In this document: positions 28,326 through 38,431 of the stretch, in pieces | Position numbering within the stretch: the first letter of the stretch is position 1 | Layout: each line of letters opens with the position of its first letter | Assembly: GCA_964624415.1 (NCBI GenBank) | Contig: CAZUWR010000001.1 | Coordinates: 74,114-138,113 of the forward strand | Origin: an uncultured Bdellovibrionales bacterium | Lineage (GTDB): Bacteria; Patescibacteriota; Minisyncoccia; Moranbacterales; UBA1568 | Direction of reading: 5' to 3' | DNA: 64,000 nt | Program-made: the position numbers and the translations under genes | Notes under the pieces: model-generated | Databases searched by the model: none | Seen by the model: only the letters and a program-made list of their open reading frames with translations | What the model was told of the DNA's origin: nothing

Positions 28326-29579
28326 ATGTCTATAAATACAAATCAACACAAAATATACCGATCCGTATTTTCGGCATTCACTAAAGGCCTTATTTTGAGC
28401 GCGCTTGTTTTTGGGTATGGAGTATATCCGTTGAGTGTGACAGCTGATAGTGCCGATACGCTGCAATCACAACTGGACGCTATCAATAAGAAAATAAAGT
28501 CATATAGCAGTCTAGTTAATCAGACCCAGCAACAACGAACAATGCTCTCCGGCGAAATCAAATCGCTCGAATCGAATGCTGCTATTTTGGAACAAAAAAT
28601 AGCCGACAGTAAAGAGCAACTCCAAAGTTTGGATGGAGAGATTGGCGGATTGGAAGGAAAAATTAGCGACAAGGAACAGCTTATTATAGCGCAAAAAAAC
28701 CTTCTAAAGGAATTGATGCGTTCATATTATGCCACCACCGGACGGACACGTTTGCAATTCGTACTTTCGACGCAAGAATCCGCTCAATTGCTCAACAAAA
28801 GCGATTGGACTACTGAAACAAGCGTCAAGGTAAAAGAATTGCTCGACAGCATCCAATCCGTAAAAGCCGGCCTTGCCGTGCAGCACGAGAGCCTGCAAGG
28901 TAAAAAGAACGAGGCTGATGCCTTGCGTGCCCAGCTCGAACAGCGTTCCGGATACATAGCCACCACCAAACAGTTTAAGGAATTTTTGGTCACGAAGACG
29001 CAACAACAAGAAAAACAGTACAACAATATCATCGATGATCTTGAAGAAAAGCGTAACGAAATCGAAGATGAATTGAATCAATTGGATGCCGCTAAGACCG
29101 ATCAGCTCGATTTGAGCAAACTTCCCGCATTCAATAAGAGCACGCTGTATTTTCCGGTGGCCAGCCCTCACAGAAGTCAGGGATATGGAAAGGCGACTTG
29201 GACCAAACAATATTCTTTCCACAACGGTGTCGATTTTGCTGATAAAGTCGGTACACCGATTATCGCAGCAGCAGATGGAAGGGTTTTGGCGACAGGGAAT
29301 AACGGAAAGTACGCCTATGGGAAGTGGATTGCCATCGACCATGGTAACGGTTTAGTCACTTTGTATGGGCATTTGAGTTCCCAAAAAGTTTCGAAAGGGA
29401 GTAGTGTGAAAAGAGGGGATATTATAGGCTTAATGGGAAGTACGGGATTCTCAACTGGACCGCATGTTCACTTCACCGTTTTTGCAAAAAATTCATTTGA
29501 CATAGTCCCCTCCACCAAAGTCAGCGGATTAATGCTTCCGACCGGAGCACATGTCAATCCAAATAACTACCTTCCGTAA
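28326..29579 (+). CDS. Coiled-coil plus M23 peptidase (EnvC/CwlO-like murein hydrolase)
   Basis: Signal peptide, long coiled coil, HNGVD, YGKWIAIDH, TLYGHL, GSTGFSTGPHVHF. Confidence 0.93.
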   Translation: MSINTNQHKIYRSVFSAFTKGLILSALVFGYGVYPLSVTADSADTLQSQLDAINKKIKSYSSLVNQTQQQRTMLSGEIKSLESNAAILEQKIADSKEQLQSLDGEIGGLEGKISDKEQLIIAQKNLLKELMRSYYATTGRTRLQFVLSTQESAQLLNKSDWTTETSVKVKELLDSIQSVKAGLAVQHESLQGKKNEADALRAQLEQRSGYIATTKQFKEFLVTKTQQQEKQYNNIIDDLEEKRNEIEDELNQLDAAKTDQLDLSKLPAFNKSTLYFPVASPHRSQGYGKATWTKQYSFHNGVDFADKVGTPIIAAADGRVLATGNNGKYAYGKWIAIDHGNGLVTLYGHLSSQKVSKGSSVKRGDIIGLMGSTGFSTGPHVHFTVFAKNSFDIVPSTKVSGLMLPTGAHVNPNNYLP

Positions 29580-30218
29580 AAAACATAGACTGTCTCGATT
29601 TCTTTCTCACTCCCTTACATCAAGTGAATCTTTAGGGAGTCTCCTCTGTGCTTTTGCGCCAGCATAAGCAGACCTTCTGTTCTTCGATTGCTCTCTGCGT
29701 GATTTGCTTCATCTTTCAATCCATTGTCATGATTTAAGGCTTATAAGAGGCATAAAAGAGCCAAAAAACGCTCGGGAAACGACCCATTTTAATGGCTTGT
29801 TTAAGCCTCAATATGACGCTTAAAATTGACTTGTGCGGGGCTTTATATTCAAAATGGTATAGGTATACCATCGATATGGCTACAAATTGATGTACATGAA
29901 AGGATGCAGCGCATATTAAAAGTTGAGACCCTATTTTTATGGCACAATAGGAGAGACGATTTCTAGGAGTGGAGGATAGTTATTTCATGTATCACAATTT
30001 CTTTGATAAGAATTAAGCATCAGTACGAATGTGTATTGTATGTAAACAGAAACGTTCAAAAGTACACATACAAAATAAATCTTTTTTAGGCGCATTTATA
30101 TAAGGCAAGGAGAAGGAAGTCCTGAGAAGATACTATGCTTATCATCGAGCATATCTTCAGGCGGTCTGTACAAAATACTATCAGTATAAAGTATCCAAAG
30201 GACTTATTTTCTTGTGTT

Positions 30219-30246
30219 ATGTCGCATAAGTTACATTATGCGACAC
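30219..30246. other. Putative dif (Xer) chromosome-dimer resolution site, palindromic
   Basis: ATGTCGCATAA-GTTACA-TTATGCGACAC has 11-6-11 architecture with CGCATAA/TTATG arms like dif; lies at the gene-orientation switch. Confidence 0.85.
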
Positions 30247-30275
30247 TGTAAATAAATCCATTTGAAGCAAATAAT

Positions 30276-30311
30276 AGACCTAGCAAAAAGATTATATTTG
30301 CTAGGTCTTTC
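30276..30311. terminator. Terminator hairpin downstream of small ORF
   Basis: AGACCTAGCAAA...TTTGCTAGGTCT. Confidence 0.7.
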
Positions 30312-30349
30312 TTATGCGTATGCTTTATCCTCAACTTTCTATAATGATT

Positions 30350-30472
30350 TTACCAAATTCCAGCAGGAATATCTGTTGTAATATTTGCCAATGCGTTAGG
30401 AAAAAACATTGCAACAAAAATCAAACCCGCCGTTAACCACTCGTACACTTTATACAAAAATTGTACTGACAT
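30350..30472 (-). CDS. Unannotated 40-aa hydrophobic small protein (MSVQFLYKVYEWLTAGLIFVAMFFPNALANITTDIPAGIW)
   Basis: AGGAG SD upstream of ATG, one TM-like stretch, terminator downstream. Confidence 0.55.
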   Translation of the reverse strand: MSVQFLYKVYEWLTAGLIFVAMFFPNALANITTDIPAGIW

Positions 30473-30636
30473 TTTTAACTCCTATCTTTATACATTGTCG
30501 TTAAGTCATCCTGTATCGGACACGTGTATCATACACCTATTCTATAAGATTGTCCAGTCTTTCTTGTCATTACTTTCAAAAGCGAAGAATTTACGAAAAA
30601 TCCACTACACTGTTTTGATAAGTAAATTAAATTTTA

Positions 30637-30987
30637 CTAAGCCTTCTTAAATTTGACCGAGAAGAGGGGTTCGTAACGGTTTTGGTACTCATCCATCACT
30701 TCGACCGTCTTGCCGTCCATAAGGGTCGTCATGGCGATATCATTGAGCATCTGTTGCTCGCTTTCCACTTCGTCCTTAAGCTCCTCCAATTCCGCGTAGC
30801 GCTTCCCCATCTGTTCCTGCACGCGGATCTCAATCTGCCTTTTGCGCTCCTTGAGTTTCTTGAGTTCTTCGAGGATCAATTCAAGGTCGTCAGCATTGGC
30901 CAAAGTATCGGCATACTCGCGCTTGATAGTCTTCATATCCTTCTTCATCTCCTGGATGTGATTGAAAATCGATTGCAAATCCTTCAT
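30637..30987 (-). CDS. Coiled-coil hypothetical protein
   Basis: MKDLQSIF start; heptad pattern; C-terminal D.YQNRYEP.FSVKFKK. Confidence 0.75.
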   Translation of the reverse strand: MKDLQSIFNHIQEMKKDMKTIKREYADTLANADDLELILEELKKLKERKRQIEIRVQEQMGKRYAELEELKDEVESEQQMLNDIAMTTLMDGKTVEVMDEYQNRYEPLFSVKFKKA

Positions 30988-31104
30988 GGCTTTTTCTTTA
31001 TTATATGGCTTAATTGTCCCCCACCCTTTTGTTTCAAACAAAAAACAGCGGTAAACAACATAACTTTTACAGTATAGCATAACCGCTGTTTTCGTGGAAA
31101 TATT

Positions 31105-32259
31105 CTACTCAAACAAAGCAAGATATTTCCCATACCCTTTGGCCTCCATTTGTTCTTTTGGGATGAAGAGGAGGGCGGCGGAATTCATACAGTAGCGCTT
31201 GCCTCCCTGCTCCTTGGGACCATCGTCAAAGACGTGTCCGAGGTGCGAATCGGCATAATGCGAGCGGACTTCCGTACGTGTGGAGAAAAGCCCTTCATCT
31301 TCGTGCAGTGTCACATCATCGGGTTCTATCGGTTTGACGAATGATGGCCATCCGGTACCGGAGTCATACTTGTCGCGCGAGGAAAAAAGCGGTTCACCGG
31401 AAATGCGGTCGACGTAAATGCCATCCGCTTTATTGGTATCGTATTCGTTATTGAAATTCGGTTCCGTACCTTCCTGTTGAGTCACTTTGTACTGCAACGG
31501 GGAGAGTGTTTCTTTGATCACTTCATCGGATGGCTTTTGAAAATGCGTGAAATCGGCGTTCCCGGATGCATCTTTGGTTACCTGCGCGACCGGAGCCTCG
31601 TCATCTTTTGGGACTTTATCGATATGCTTGCTGATAAAAGCATCGCGTCCGGAACCGCCTCGATAGAACTTGTACCGAATCGGGTTTTTTGCGGCGTAGC
31701 CCTGATGATACTCTTCTGCCGGCCAAAATTTGACGCGTGGCAAAACGGGTATGGTAATGGGTTTATCGTATATTCCCTCCGCATTCATTTTTGTGATAGC
31801 GCCTTCTGCGATGGTTTTTTCTTCATCGGTATCGTAGTAGATGGCTGGGGTGTACTGCGCTCCGCGATCATGAAACGATCCTGTGGCATCGGTCGGATCG
31901 CTGTAAAGAAGGATATGCTCGACCAAATGCAGATAGCTGGTTTTGGTTGGATCATAGGTCACCTCGACCACTTCTCGATGACCGCCTTGTGCGTAATTCT
32001 CATAGGTGGGGTTGTCCGTAGTACCACCAGCATAGCCTGAAACGACACTCACGATGCCGGTGAGTTTTTCAAAGTCGGCCTCGACGCACCAGAAGCATCC
32101 TCCGGCAAACATGGCTGTCTTTGTGGTCACGGTAGCAGATGATGACATAGGCGTAGTGTTAGATGATTGATGACGAACCGATACTATTTCTAGCGCGATG
32201 ATAACGAGAGTGATAATGATTCCGAGAACTACCATGCTGCTTTGTTTATATATACGCAT
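31105..32259 (-). CDS. msrAB: Membrane-anchored bifunctional methionine sulfoxide reductase MsrA/MsrB
   Basis: [17 protein letters not shown] (MsrA); [27 protein letters not shown] (MsrB); start could also be 32265. Confidence 0.96.
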   Translation of the reverse strand: MRIYKQSSMVVLGIIITLVIIALEIVSVRHQSSNTTPMSSSATVTTKTAMFAGGCFWCVEADFEKLTGIVSVVSGYAGGTTDNPTYENYAQGGHREVVEVTYDPTKTSYLHLVEHILLYSDPTDATGSFHDRGAQYTPAIYYDTDEEKTIAEGAITKMNAEGIYDKPITIPVLPRVKFWPAEEYHQGYAAKNPIRYKFYRGGSGRDAFISKHIDKVPKDDEAPVAQVTKDASGNADFTHFQKPSDEVIKETLSPLQYKVTQQEGTEPNFNNEYDTNKADGIYVDRISGEPLFSSRDKYDSGTGWPSFVKPIEPDDVTLHEDEGLFSTRTEVRSHYADSHLGHVFDDGPKEQGGKRYCMNSAALLFIPKEQMEAKGYGKYLALFE

Positions 32260-32270
32260 AGGCATTGTCT

Positions 32271-32639
32271 TTATTTCCACAAATGAAGCCAGACTCCCGC
32301 ATAATGTACGACGACGTAAAGGAAAAATATATAACCAAAAACGCCGGCGATCAGTGTGATGGCGACGGTATTGATGATTTCATTGTGCCTGCGCTTCACG
32401 GCATCGAGCGTGCAGATATTTTTGGTGTGACGGAAATACAGCGCAAGCGCGATGGAGATAGCGATCAGTCCTGCGATGCGGAAGTACCACTTATAGTCGC
32501 CGTACAGCGTGTCAGCGAGCGATGAGGCGAAGCTGACGGTTCCGATACCGAAGACAACAAGAATGACCGGCGATAAACAGCATAGCGATGCTATCACTAC
32601 TGGTATACCGCTTATTTTAAAGATTTCTTTTATATTCAT
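32271..32639 (-). CDS. Small membrane protein with CC motif (MerT/MerF-like)
   Basis: [11 protein letters not shown] in TM1, three TM segments, additional Cys in a loop. Confidence 0.6.
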   Translation of the reverse strand: MNIKEIFKISGIPVVIASLCCLSPVILVVFGIGTVSFASSLADTLYGDYKWYFRIAGLIAISIALALYFRHTKNICTLDAVKRRHNEIINTVAITLIAGVFGYIFFLYVVVHYAGVWLHLWK

Positions 32640-32728
32640 AGGATGGTTTTTTGCTGATATATCATATCAGTATACCACCCGTGAGAAAGAAGTGCTAATG
32701 GAGGTTTCCAAGAATCTGTCGACGGGCT

Positions 32729-34186
32729 CTAAAGACTTCCGAGATCCAAAGACTCATCGATACGGATCTGCGACCAGAAATCCGGGACGTGGCTGACGAG
32801 TATCATCGTGCCCTGGTATTGGTCGAGTGCTTCCGCGATAACCGGGATGTGACGGAAATTGATATGGTTGGTCGGTTCATCGAGAATCAAAAGCCCCGGT
32901 TTTTCGAGGACGAGCCGCGCGAAAGCAAGCAGTCCTTTTTGTCCTTCGGAGAGGCTTCCGACAGTCTTGGCCAAGAGGTCTCCGGTGAGGAGGAATTGTG
33001 CGGCCGTTTTGCGGATTTCTTCTTCCGCTCCGAAATTGGATGCTTTCTTCAAAACATCGTACGCCGTTTCATCAAAATCGAAGTTGGAAAAATCCTGGCG
33101 ATAGTATCCGATAATCGTGTCGGGAGTGATGATGGTGCGCTCGGAATTACCAGAAGTCAGAGATTCAAGGAAAGTAGTTTTGCCGATACCGTTTGGTCCG
33201 GAAATGAGGAGATGCTGATTTTTTTTGAGCGTCATATTGACCGGGCAGACGGTTGGTTTGTGATCTTTCATAATTTCGACCGTCTTAATCTGCAGGACCG
33301 GTCCGACAATCACCTGTGCCGGTATGGTGAATGGGCGGATAGTTTTGTCTTCGCGCCTCACATCCGCCTTGTTTTCTTCGAGGTCTTCGATGGTGTCGCG
33401 CATCTTCTTGGCGACATTGCGCAGTTTGCCTCCCTTTTGGGCGAAAAAGTTCGCCTGCTCTTTGCGGTGCTTGATGTCTTTTTCCAGACGAGCGTTCTTG
33501 CGCTCCTCCTGCTCGATGCGACGCGCCACTTCTTCCATCACGTCGTAGTAGTTGCCGCTGTACTGGTCGGTCTTATGCGTGAAAATATCCAGATAGACGA
33601 CGCCGTCCGTGAAGGAATTGAGAAAGTCCGCATCGTGGGAAATGACGATACAGGTATTGGGATAATTGAGGATGAATTGGGTGAGGTGTGCGATGCCTTC
33701 GTGATCGAGGTTGTTGGTCGGTTCATCGAGCAAGAGAATATCCGGGTTTTGAATGAGAGCATAAGCCAAAAGCAATCGGGCTTGCTGTCCGCCGGAAAAC
33801 GACCCGATCTTTTTTTCAAGCGGATCTTTTACGGTCAGATTGACCACGTCGAGGGTGTTTTTGATCAGAGCGACGATATTACCGGGAACTTCCGGAAAGG
33901 CGGTCTCAAAAAATTCGCGTACGGTCAATTCGAGTTGTTCTCGTGCGAAGACCTGCTTGGCGATAGCGACGGTCTCATCGGTCGCGATGGAAATCCGTCC
34001 CCCTTCGGGCTTATTTTCACCGGTGATGAGCTTGAACAAAGAGCTCTTCCCTGCCCCATTTTGTCCCATCAGGGTTATTTTTGCCCCGCGACGAACGGAA
34101 AAACTCGCCTCATCCAAGATGGGCTTCTTATGGTCGTATTCAAAGGAGACCTCGTCGAACCGTACAATAGTGGTATCTTTCGCCAT
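32729..34186 (-). CDS. ABC-F family ATP-binding protein
   Basis: Two NBDs (GQNGAGKS, SGGQ, LLDEPTNNLD; GPNGIGKT, LDEPTNH), no TM domain. Confidence 0.93.
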   Translation of the reverse strand: MAKDTTIVRFDEVSFEYDHKKPILDEASFSVRRGAKITLMGQNGAGKSSLFKLITGENKPEGGRISIATDETVAIAKQVFAREQLELTVREFFETAFPEVPGNIVALIKNTLDVVNLTVKDPLEKKIGSFSGGQQARLLLAYALIQNPDILLLDEPTNNLDHEGIAHLTQFILNYPNTCIVISHDADFLNSFTDGVVYLDIFTHKTDQYSGNYYDVMEEVARRIEQEERKNARLEKDIKHRKEQANFFAQKGGKLRNVAKKMRDTIEDLEENKADVRREDKTIRPFTIPAQVIVGPVLQIKTVEIMKDHKPTVCPVNMTLKKNQHLLISGPNGIGKTTFLESLTSGNSERTIITPDTIIGYYRQDFSNFDFDETAYDVLKKASNFGAEEEIRKTAAQFLLTGDLLAKTVGSLSEGQKGLLAFARLVLEKPGLLILDEPTNHINFRHIPVIAEALDQYQGTMILVSHVPDFWSQIRIDESLDLGSL

Positions 34187-34273
34187 GACTGTTTCACATT
34201 ATCTAATAGAGTACTCCTCATTATTACACAAAACCCCCTCTTTTGCAACTAAGCGTGGTTGTTTCGGGTAGTT

Positions 34274-34310
34274 TAAAGAGTCTCCTACATTATTGTAGCG
34301 AGACTCTTTA
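34274..34310. terminator. Terminator hairpin
   Basis: TAAAGAGTCTC...GAGACTCTTTA. Confidence 0.6.
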
Positions 34311-34316
34311 GTGTGG

Positions 34317-34853
34317 TTACTTCGTTGCGTTTTCGATGCGGAGTTCTTTCTCAAAAACTCGCACTGTTTTAAATACCGGTTCGAGCGACCTTTCTTTGTA
34401 GGTCAGAAAAAGAAATCGAACATCGCTTTTAGGAACAATCACTAGATGAAGCGGGATTTCCTGCACTGTATAATTGCCATCAGTGTATCGAGAAATCTGA
34501 TCTTCACTACCATAAAGCGTCAGATCGCCAAGCTTCGGTTGGAAGACTTCGGAGCTGCGAGCTCTTATCTCCCGCTTCGCTTCCAGAGGAAGTAAATCGC
34601 GAGTCCAGATGCTGATCGGTATAGAGATTATTTTATCAGTCATACCTCCCGTAATGGTGAAACCCTCAAAAAGAAATAGGCATGAGTGATCTACTTGTTT
34701 ATCAAGATTAGTATATTCAAATGAAATGAAGGTGTTACTTGTTGGCCTTGCAATTTCAATTTGGTATTGACAAAGACCTTCATTGGTAAGTTTTGCTCGG
34801 TAGCGTTGTAAAACATTTGCTCCATGCAGATAGGTGTAAATAGGTATGTCCAT
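34317..34853 (-). CDS. Orphan hypothetical protein
   Basis: AGGAG SD, TTGACA-17-TTCAAT promoter, flanked by terminators. Confidence 0.6.
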   Translation of the reverse strand: MDIPIYTYLHGANVLQRYRAKLTNEGLCQYQIEIARPTSNTFISFEYTNLDKQVDHSCLFLFEGFTITGGMTDKIISIPISIWTRDLLPLEAKREIRARSSEVFQPKLGDLTLYGSEDQISRYTDGNYTVQEIPLHLVIVPKSDVRFLFLTYKERSLEPVFKTVRVFEKELRIENATK

Positions 34854-34952
34854 GAGAAATTCTCCTGTACTGTGGTAAAAAGGACTGGGTGCCATGGCAA
34901 AATGCATGACACTCTATTGAAGCATGCATTGTGTTGTCTGTCAAGAACAGAA

Positions 34953-34984
34953 AAGAGCCTCCTGGCTATGCTAGGGAGGCTCTT
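34953..34984. terminator. Terminator hairpin
   Basis: AAGAGCCTCC-TGGCTATGCTAG-GGAGGCTCTT. Confidence 0.7.
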
Positions 34985-35039
34985 CTGCATAAAGACTGCG
35001 CAACGATACTCGATAGTGTTATGCGACACTGAAAGAGTT

Positions 35040-35453
35040 TTATTTCTTCTTCGCCACTTTCTTGGCAATCTTTTTAGCGATATGCTCAATTGGCGCTTTC
35101 ACTTTTTTGACCGCACGTTTAACGGGTTTCTTGGTTGATTTGACGACGCTTCCCCATTGTTTTTTCAAGAGCTCGGCATACACGGCAATTTCTTCCTTGC
35201 TCACTTTACCGGTTTTGACATAGGCAGCGGATACTTCATCGATAATTTTGTGATACACCGCTTCGGTTACTTCGCCGGCTTCTTCGATTTTTTCAACGAT
35301 GTCAGCCTTCATTTTGATCATCCAGCCCTTGAAATTCTTCTGATGCTTTTTGCCTTCGGGACCGAAGAAATAGTACGTAGCTGCTCCGAGTGCCGCAACC
35401 GATGCTCCCAGCGCGACCATTTTCCCTACCGTGCCTTTGTCTTGCTTTTTCAT
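35040..35453 (-). CDS. YtxH-like protein with Lys-rich tail
   Basis: ALGASVAALGAATYYFFGPEGKK; KKIAKKVAKKK tail. Confidence 0.65.
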   Translation of the reverse strand: MKKQDKGTVGKMVALGASVAALGAATYYFFGPEGKKHQKNFKGWMIKMKADIVEKIEEAGEVTEAVYHKIIDEVSAAYVKTGKVSKEEIAVYAELLKKQWGSVVKSTKKPVKRAVKKVKAPIEHIAKKIAKKVAKKK

Positions 35454-35651
35454 ATGTGTATGATTAATTACTTAGTTTCAGAATGCTCTACTAGCAGAGC
35501 ATTCTTCATTATCGCATATAACGTCACATAAAACCAGGATTTGTGCAAGATATCCGAAAAATTGAAGGTTGCGTAGTTGCGTACAGGTACAAAAAATCCC
35601 GATGGAAATACCGGGATTTTTTGAATAGAGTACAGGAAAATAATAATCGCA

Positions 35652-36083
35652 CTACTTCCTCTTCGTCACTTTCTTGACGATTTTTTTAGCGCTTTTCTGA
35701 AGCGGTTTCGCGTTGGATTTAACGGTCTTCTCGACGCTCTTCCACTGGGACTTGAGTTTCTTGGCGAATTGCTTCACTTCTTTTTCTCCGTGTTTGGCAT
35801 AAGACTTGGCGACACTATCGACGATTTCATGATAGGTTTTTGTTGTCATTTTCTCCGCTTTGGAAAGTTTCTTGGTTACATCGGATTTCATTCGCAACAT
35901 CCATTCTTTGGTATCTTTCTGATGCTTCTCACCTTTTGGTCCGAAAAAATAGTATGCACCGGCGCCGAGAGCTGCCACACCCGCACCGAGCGCAACAATA
36001 CTTCCGGTTATGATCCCTTTTTTCTTTGGAGCGGCTTTTTTGGTTGAAACCGCTTTCTTCGTTGCGACTTTGTGTGCTGCCAT
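35652..36083 (-). CDS. YtxH-like paralog with Lys/Ala-rich termini
   Basis: ALGAGVAALGAGAYYFFGPKGEKHQK...W..RMK.D shared with 35040-35453. Confidence 0.65.
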   Translation of the reverse strand: MAAHKVATKKAVSTKKAAPKKKGIITGSIVALGAGVAALGAGAYYFFGPKGEKHQKDTKEWMLRMKSDVTKKLSKAEKMTTKTYHEIVDSVAKSYAKHGEKEVKQFAKKLKSQWKSVEKTVKSNAKPLQKSAKKIVKKVTKRK

Positions 36084-36132
36084 AATATTATTTATTTTTA
36101 TTTTTTACTTCTGATACTACTAGTATACCACA

Positions 36133-36396
36133 TTATTTTTCTGTTGTTTTTTTGTGTTTCCTTCCGCCGAATATCATTTTAAATATCATACTTTCTCGTA
36201 AGTCAGAGACGAGTTCTTTCGTATCTTCGCTCACGGTATCGATGCCCTGTTCAATTTTTTCGGTAATGCTTCTGACCCTGTGTAAAATCCTGATAATATA
36301 TATCAATCCAATAGCGATAAGCAATGTCAGCACAGTGAACCCGATGGACGAGATGAAAAAAAATATATCCGCGTGTATGAGTGTTTGCGCCTGCAT
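36133..36396 (-). CDS. Small membrane protein (DUF948/YtxG-like)
   Basis: One TM followed by an amphipathic helix; upstream of YtxH-like genes. Confidence 0.6.
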   Translation of the reverse strand: MQAQTLIHADIFFFISSIGFTVLTLLIAIGLIYIIRILHRVRSITEKIEQGIDTVSEDTKELVSDLRESMIFKMIFGGRKHKKTTEK

Positions 36397-36476
36397 AAAA
36401 GAAAATATGAAAGATGATTCTTGCTTTCAGTATAGCAGATAACGGCAATACTGCACAAGACACGCCGTCCATCGAT

Positions 36477-36929
36477 TTATTTTTCTTCGAAGTGTCGCAC
36501 GAATCTGAAAGTCACATACGGGAGTATCGCCATCTGCAGCACCGGCCAAAGACCTGCCTTAGTCCAGAGGAATATCGGCATCATCGGAGTATACGCCCAT
36601 CTGCCGACTGAAAGAGCGGTATATTCTATGAGGATAGCCATTACTATTCCGACAATAACGAGAAAGGTTATTGACATCGCAGTCCACGATCGTATCCAGT
36701 ACGCATTGGAAAAACGCCATGCGCATATTACATAAAGAAGCGCGATAATCAATACATCACCCAAAGCCCCTCTGAAACACGGGATAAAGTGCTGCCAGAA
36801 ACCGGCGTACCCGGCGTAGAACGGCGCTTGCGCATTTTCCCATACGAGATTGAGAAGAAAGCTCGAAACGATAGTGCGGAGTATCAGTGTAACATATTTG
36901 TTTTTCCTATAATTCCAAATAGTATGCAT
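36477..36929 (-). CDS. Membrane protein
   Basis: LNLVWENAQAPFY, ALGD, IEY.AL..GRWAY...MP; four TMs; downstream of the copper operon. Confidence 0.7.
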   Translation of the reverse strand: MHTIWNYRKNKYVTLILRTIVSSFLLNLVWENAQAPFYAGYAGFWQHFIPCFRGALGDVLIIALLYVICAWRFSNAYWIRSWTAMSITFLVIVGIVMAILIEYTALSVGRWAYTPMMPIFLWTKAGLWPVLQMAILPYVTFRFVRHFEEK

Positions 36930-36956
36930 GGGAGTTTCTGAGCCAAAGGTAATTTT

Positions 36957-37385
36957 TTACTCGAACTTGATGGCGAAATTATACATACCCATCGAACATG
37001 TTCCATTTATGGTTGTACCTGCTGTTTGCGTCGGCACATCGATAAGGGTCTCACCGGTTTGCGGAAGATTTTTTTGGTATTTGATACTCGGGATGCTTAC
37101 TGCTGAAGAGCAATCGAATGTTCCATTGGTGACGACCTTGATAACAGTGGGCATACCCGCCTTGGCCGTAGTAGTTTTTGGCAGATAGCCCCCTTTGGCA
37201 GTGATGGTGATGATTTGCTTGCCATCCACGACGCTCACATTGCTCGGCGCTACAGATACCGAGGTTATCGGTGTTTCCGACGGCGTCAAATCGGATCGCT
37301 TGATATTATCGTGCGAAACAAGAAAGATATTGATCGCGGCGGCGATGATAATGAGTATCACCGCTATCTTAAGAGATTTTGACAT
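36957..37385 (-). CDS. Cupredoxin-domain protein
   Basis: GGYLP, TFDCSS, GTCSMGMY copper-ligand motif; N-terminal TM. Confidence 0.88.
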   Translation of the reverse strand: MSKSLKIAVILIIIAAAINIFLVSHDNIKRSDLTPSETPITSVSVAPSNVSVVDGKQIITITAKGGYLPKTTTAKAGMPTVIKVVTNGTFDCSSAVSIPSIKYQKNLPQTGETLIDVPTQTAGTTINGTCSMGMYNFAIKFE

Positions 37386-37395
37386 AGTATACAGT

Positions 37396-38427
37396 TTAAA
37401 AATTGAAAATCGGAGCGAGCCATCCGATAGCCACGAAACTATTGAGGATATTGAAGAGCGCGAACAAAATAACAATGAGTCCCGCCGTCTTGAAGAACAC
37501 ACCGGAGTTAGCTTTGGTGTGGATACTCAAAGAACTGAAACTGATGAGCGCGAGCACGGGAAAAGTACCGAGTGCGAAAGAGAGCATCGTCAGTCCTCCA
37601 TGCAAGAAGCTTCCCGTCGTCAGCGAATACAACTGCATTGATTGCGTGAAACCGCACGGGAGGAAGAATGTGGTCATACCGACCAACGCCGGCGTGAGCG
37701 TATGATTCATCTTGGTCACATCGGTCACTTTCTTGGAAAAAAACTTCGGCATCGTGAATTGGAAACGCTTGGTAAAGTGAAAGACATCAAGCAGATTGAT
37801 ACCGAGGATAAGCATCACCATACCCACCAGAAAGCTCATCACGAATATCCCGTTCTGTCCCAACTGAAACACCGCTCCCACTGACCCAATTATACCACCC
37901 AGCACGAAAAATGAAACGATACGTCCGATATGGAACAAGACTTGTGGCTTTACCTTGTCCCCTTCTCTTGCAAAGGTGGCCGACATCGAAAGCACCAGTC
38001 CACCCACCATCGCCATGCAGGTCGAAAGCGAGGCAATGATACCGATGACAAAGGCCGTGCCATAGGTCACCTGCGAGGTATCCACCATATTGATGATACC
38101 AATTTTTTGGAGCAGGATGAAAAGCAGAACAAAGGCTACTACGAAAGGAAGAGCTGTGACAAATTCTTTCCAATCGATTACTTTTTTCACCTTTTCGACC
38201 GAGAGAGCATAACCATGTTTCTCGAGTAGTTTCGTCAGTGCTTCGGCGAGACTCTCGGGTGTCGCATCACCGAAAGTACCCGTAACGGTAACGGATTGCG
38301 TCCGCAGACTCGTCGTCGCGCTCGTCACCAGCGGATGCTCTTTGATTTCTTCCTCAGTCAGCATCACGCAGGCTTTGCAGTGCATACCCGTCACATGAAA
38401 AACATAATTTTTTTGTTCTTGGTTCAT
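37396..38427 (-). CDS. HMA-domain plus DsbD_2/TauE-like membrane protein
   Basis: GMHCKAC, STCMAMVGG, FHIGR, FFLPCGFTQSMQ, FALGT.P. Confidence 0.9.
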   Translation of the reverse strand: MNQEQKNYVFHVTGMHCKACVMLTEEEIKEHPLVTSATTSLRTQSVTVTGTFGDATPESLAEALTKLLEKHGYALSVEKVKKVIDWKEFVTALPFVVAFVLLFILLQKIGIINMVDTSQVTYGTAFVIGIIASLSTCMAMVGGLVLSMSATFAREGDKVKPQVLFHIGRIVSFFVLGGIIGSVGAVFQLGQNGIFVMSFLVGMVMLILGINLLDVFHFTKRFQFTMPKFFSKKVTDVTKMNHTLTPALVGMTTFFLPCGFTQSMQLYSLTTGSFLHGGLTMLSFALGTFPVLALISFSSLSIHTKANSGVFFKTAGLIVILFALFNILNSFVAIGWLAPIFNF

Positions 38428-38431
38428 AGGG

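Noticed and set aside
32789-34252. 487-aa + strand ORF and similar long antisense ORFs (e.g. 6772-7665, 11627-12586, 43787-44788, 46868-47770)
   Set aside because: Shadow frames opposite well-supported genes, with no recognisable motifs
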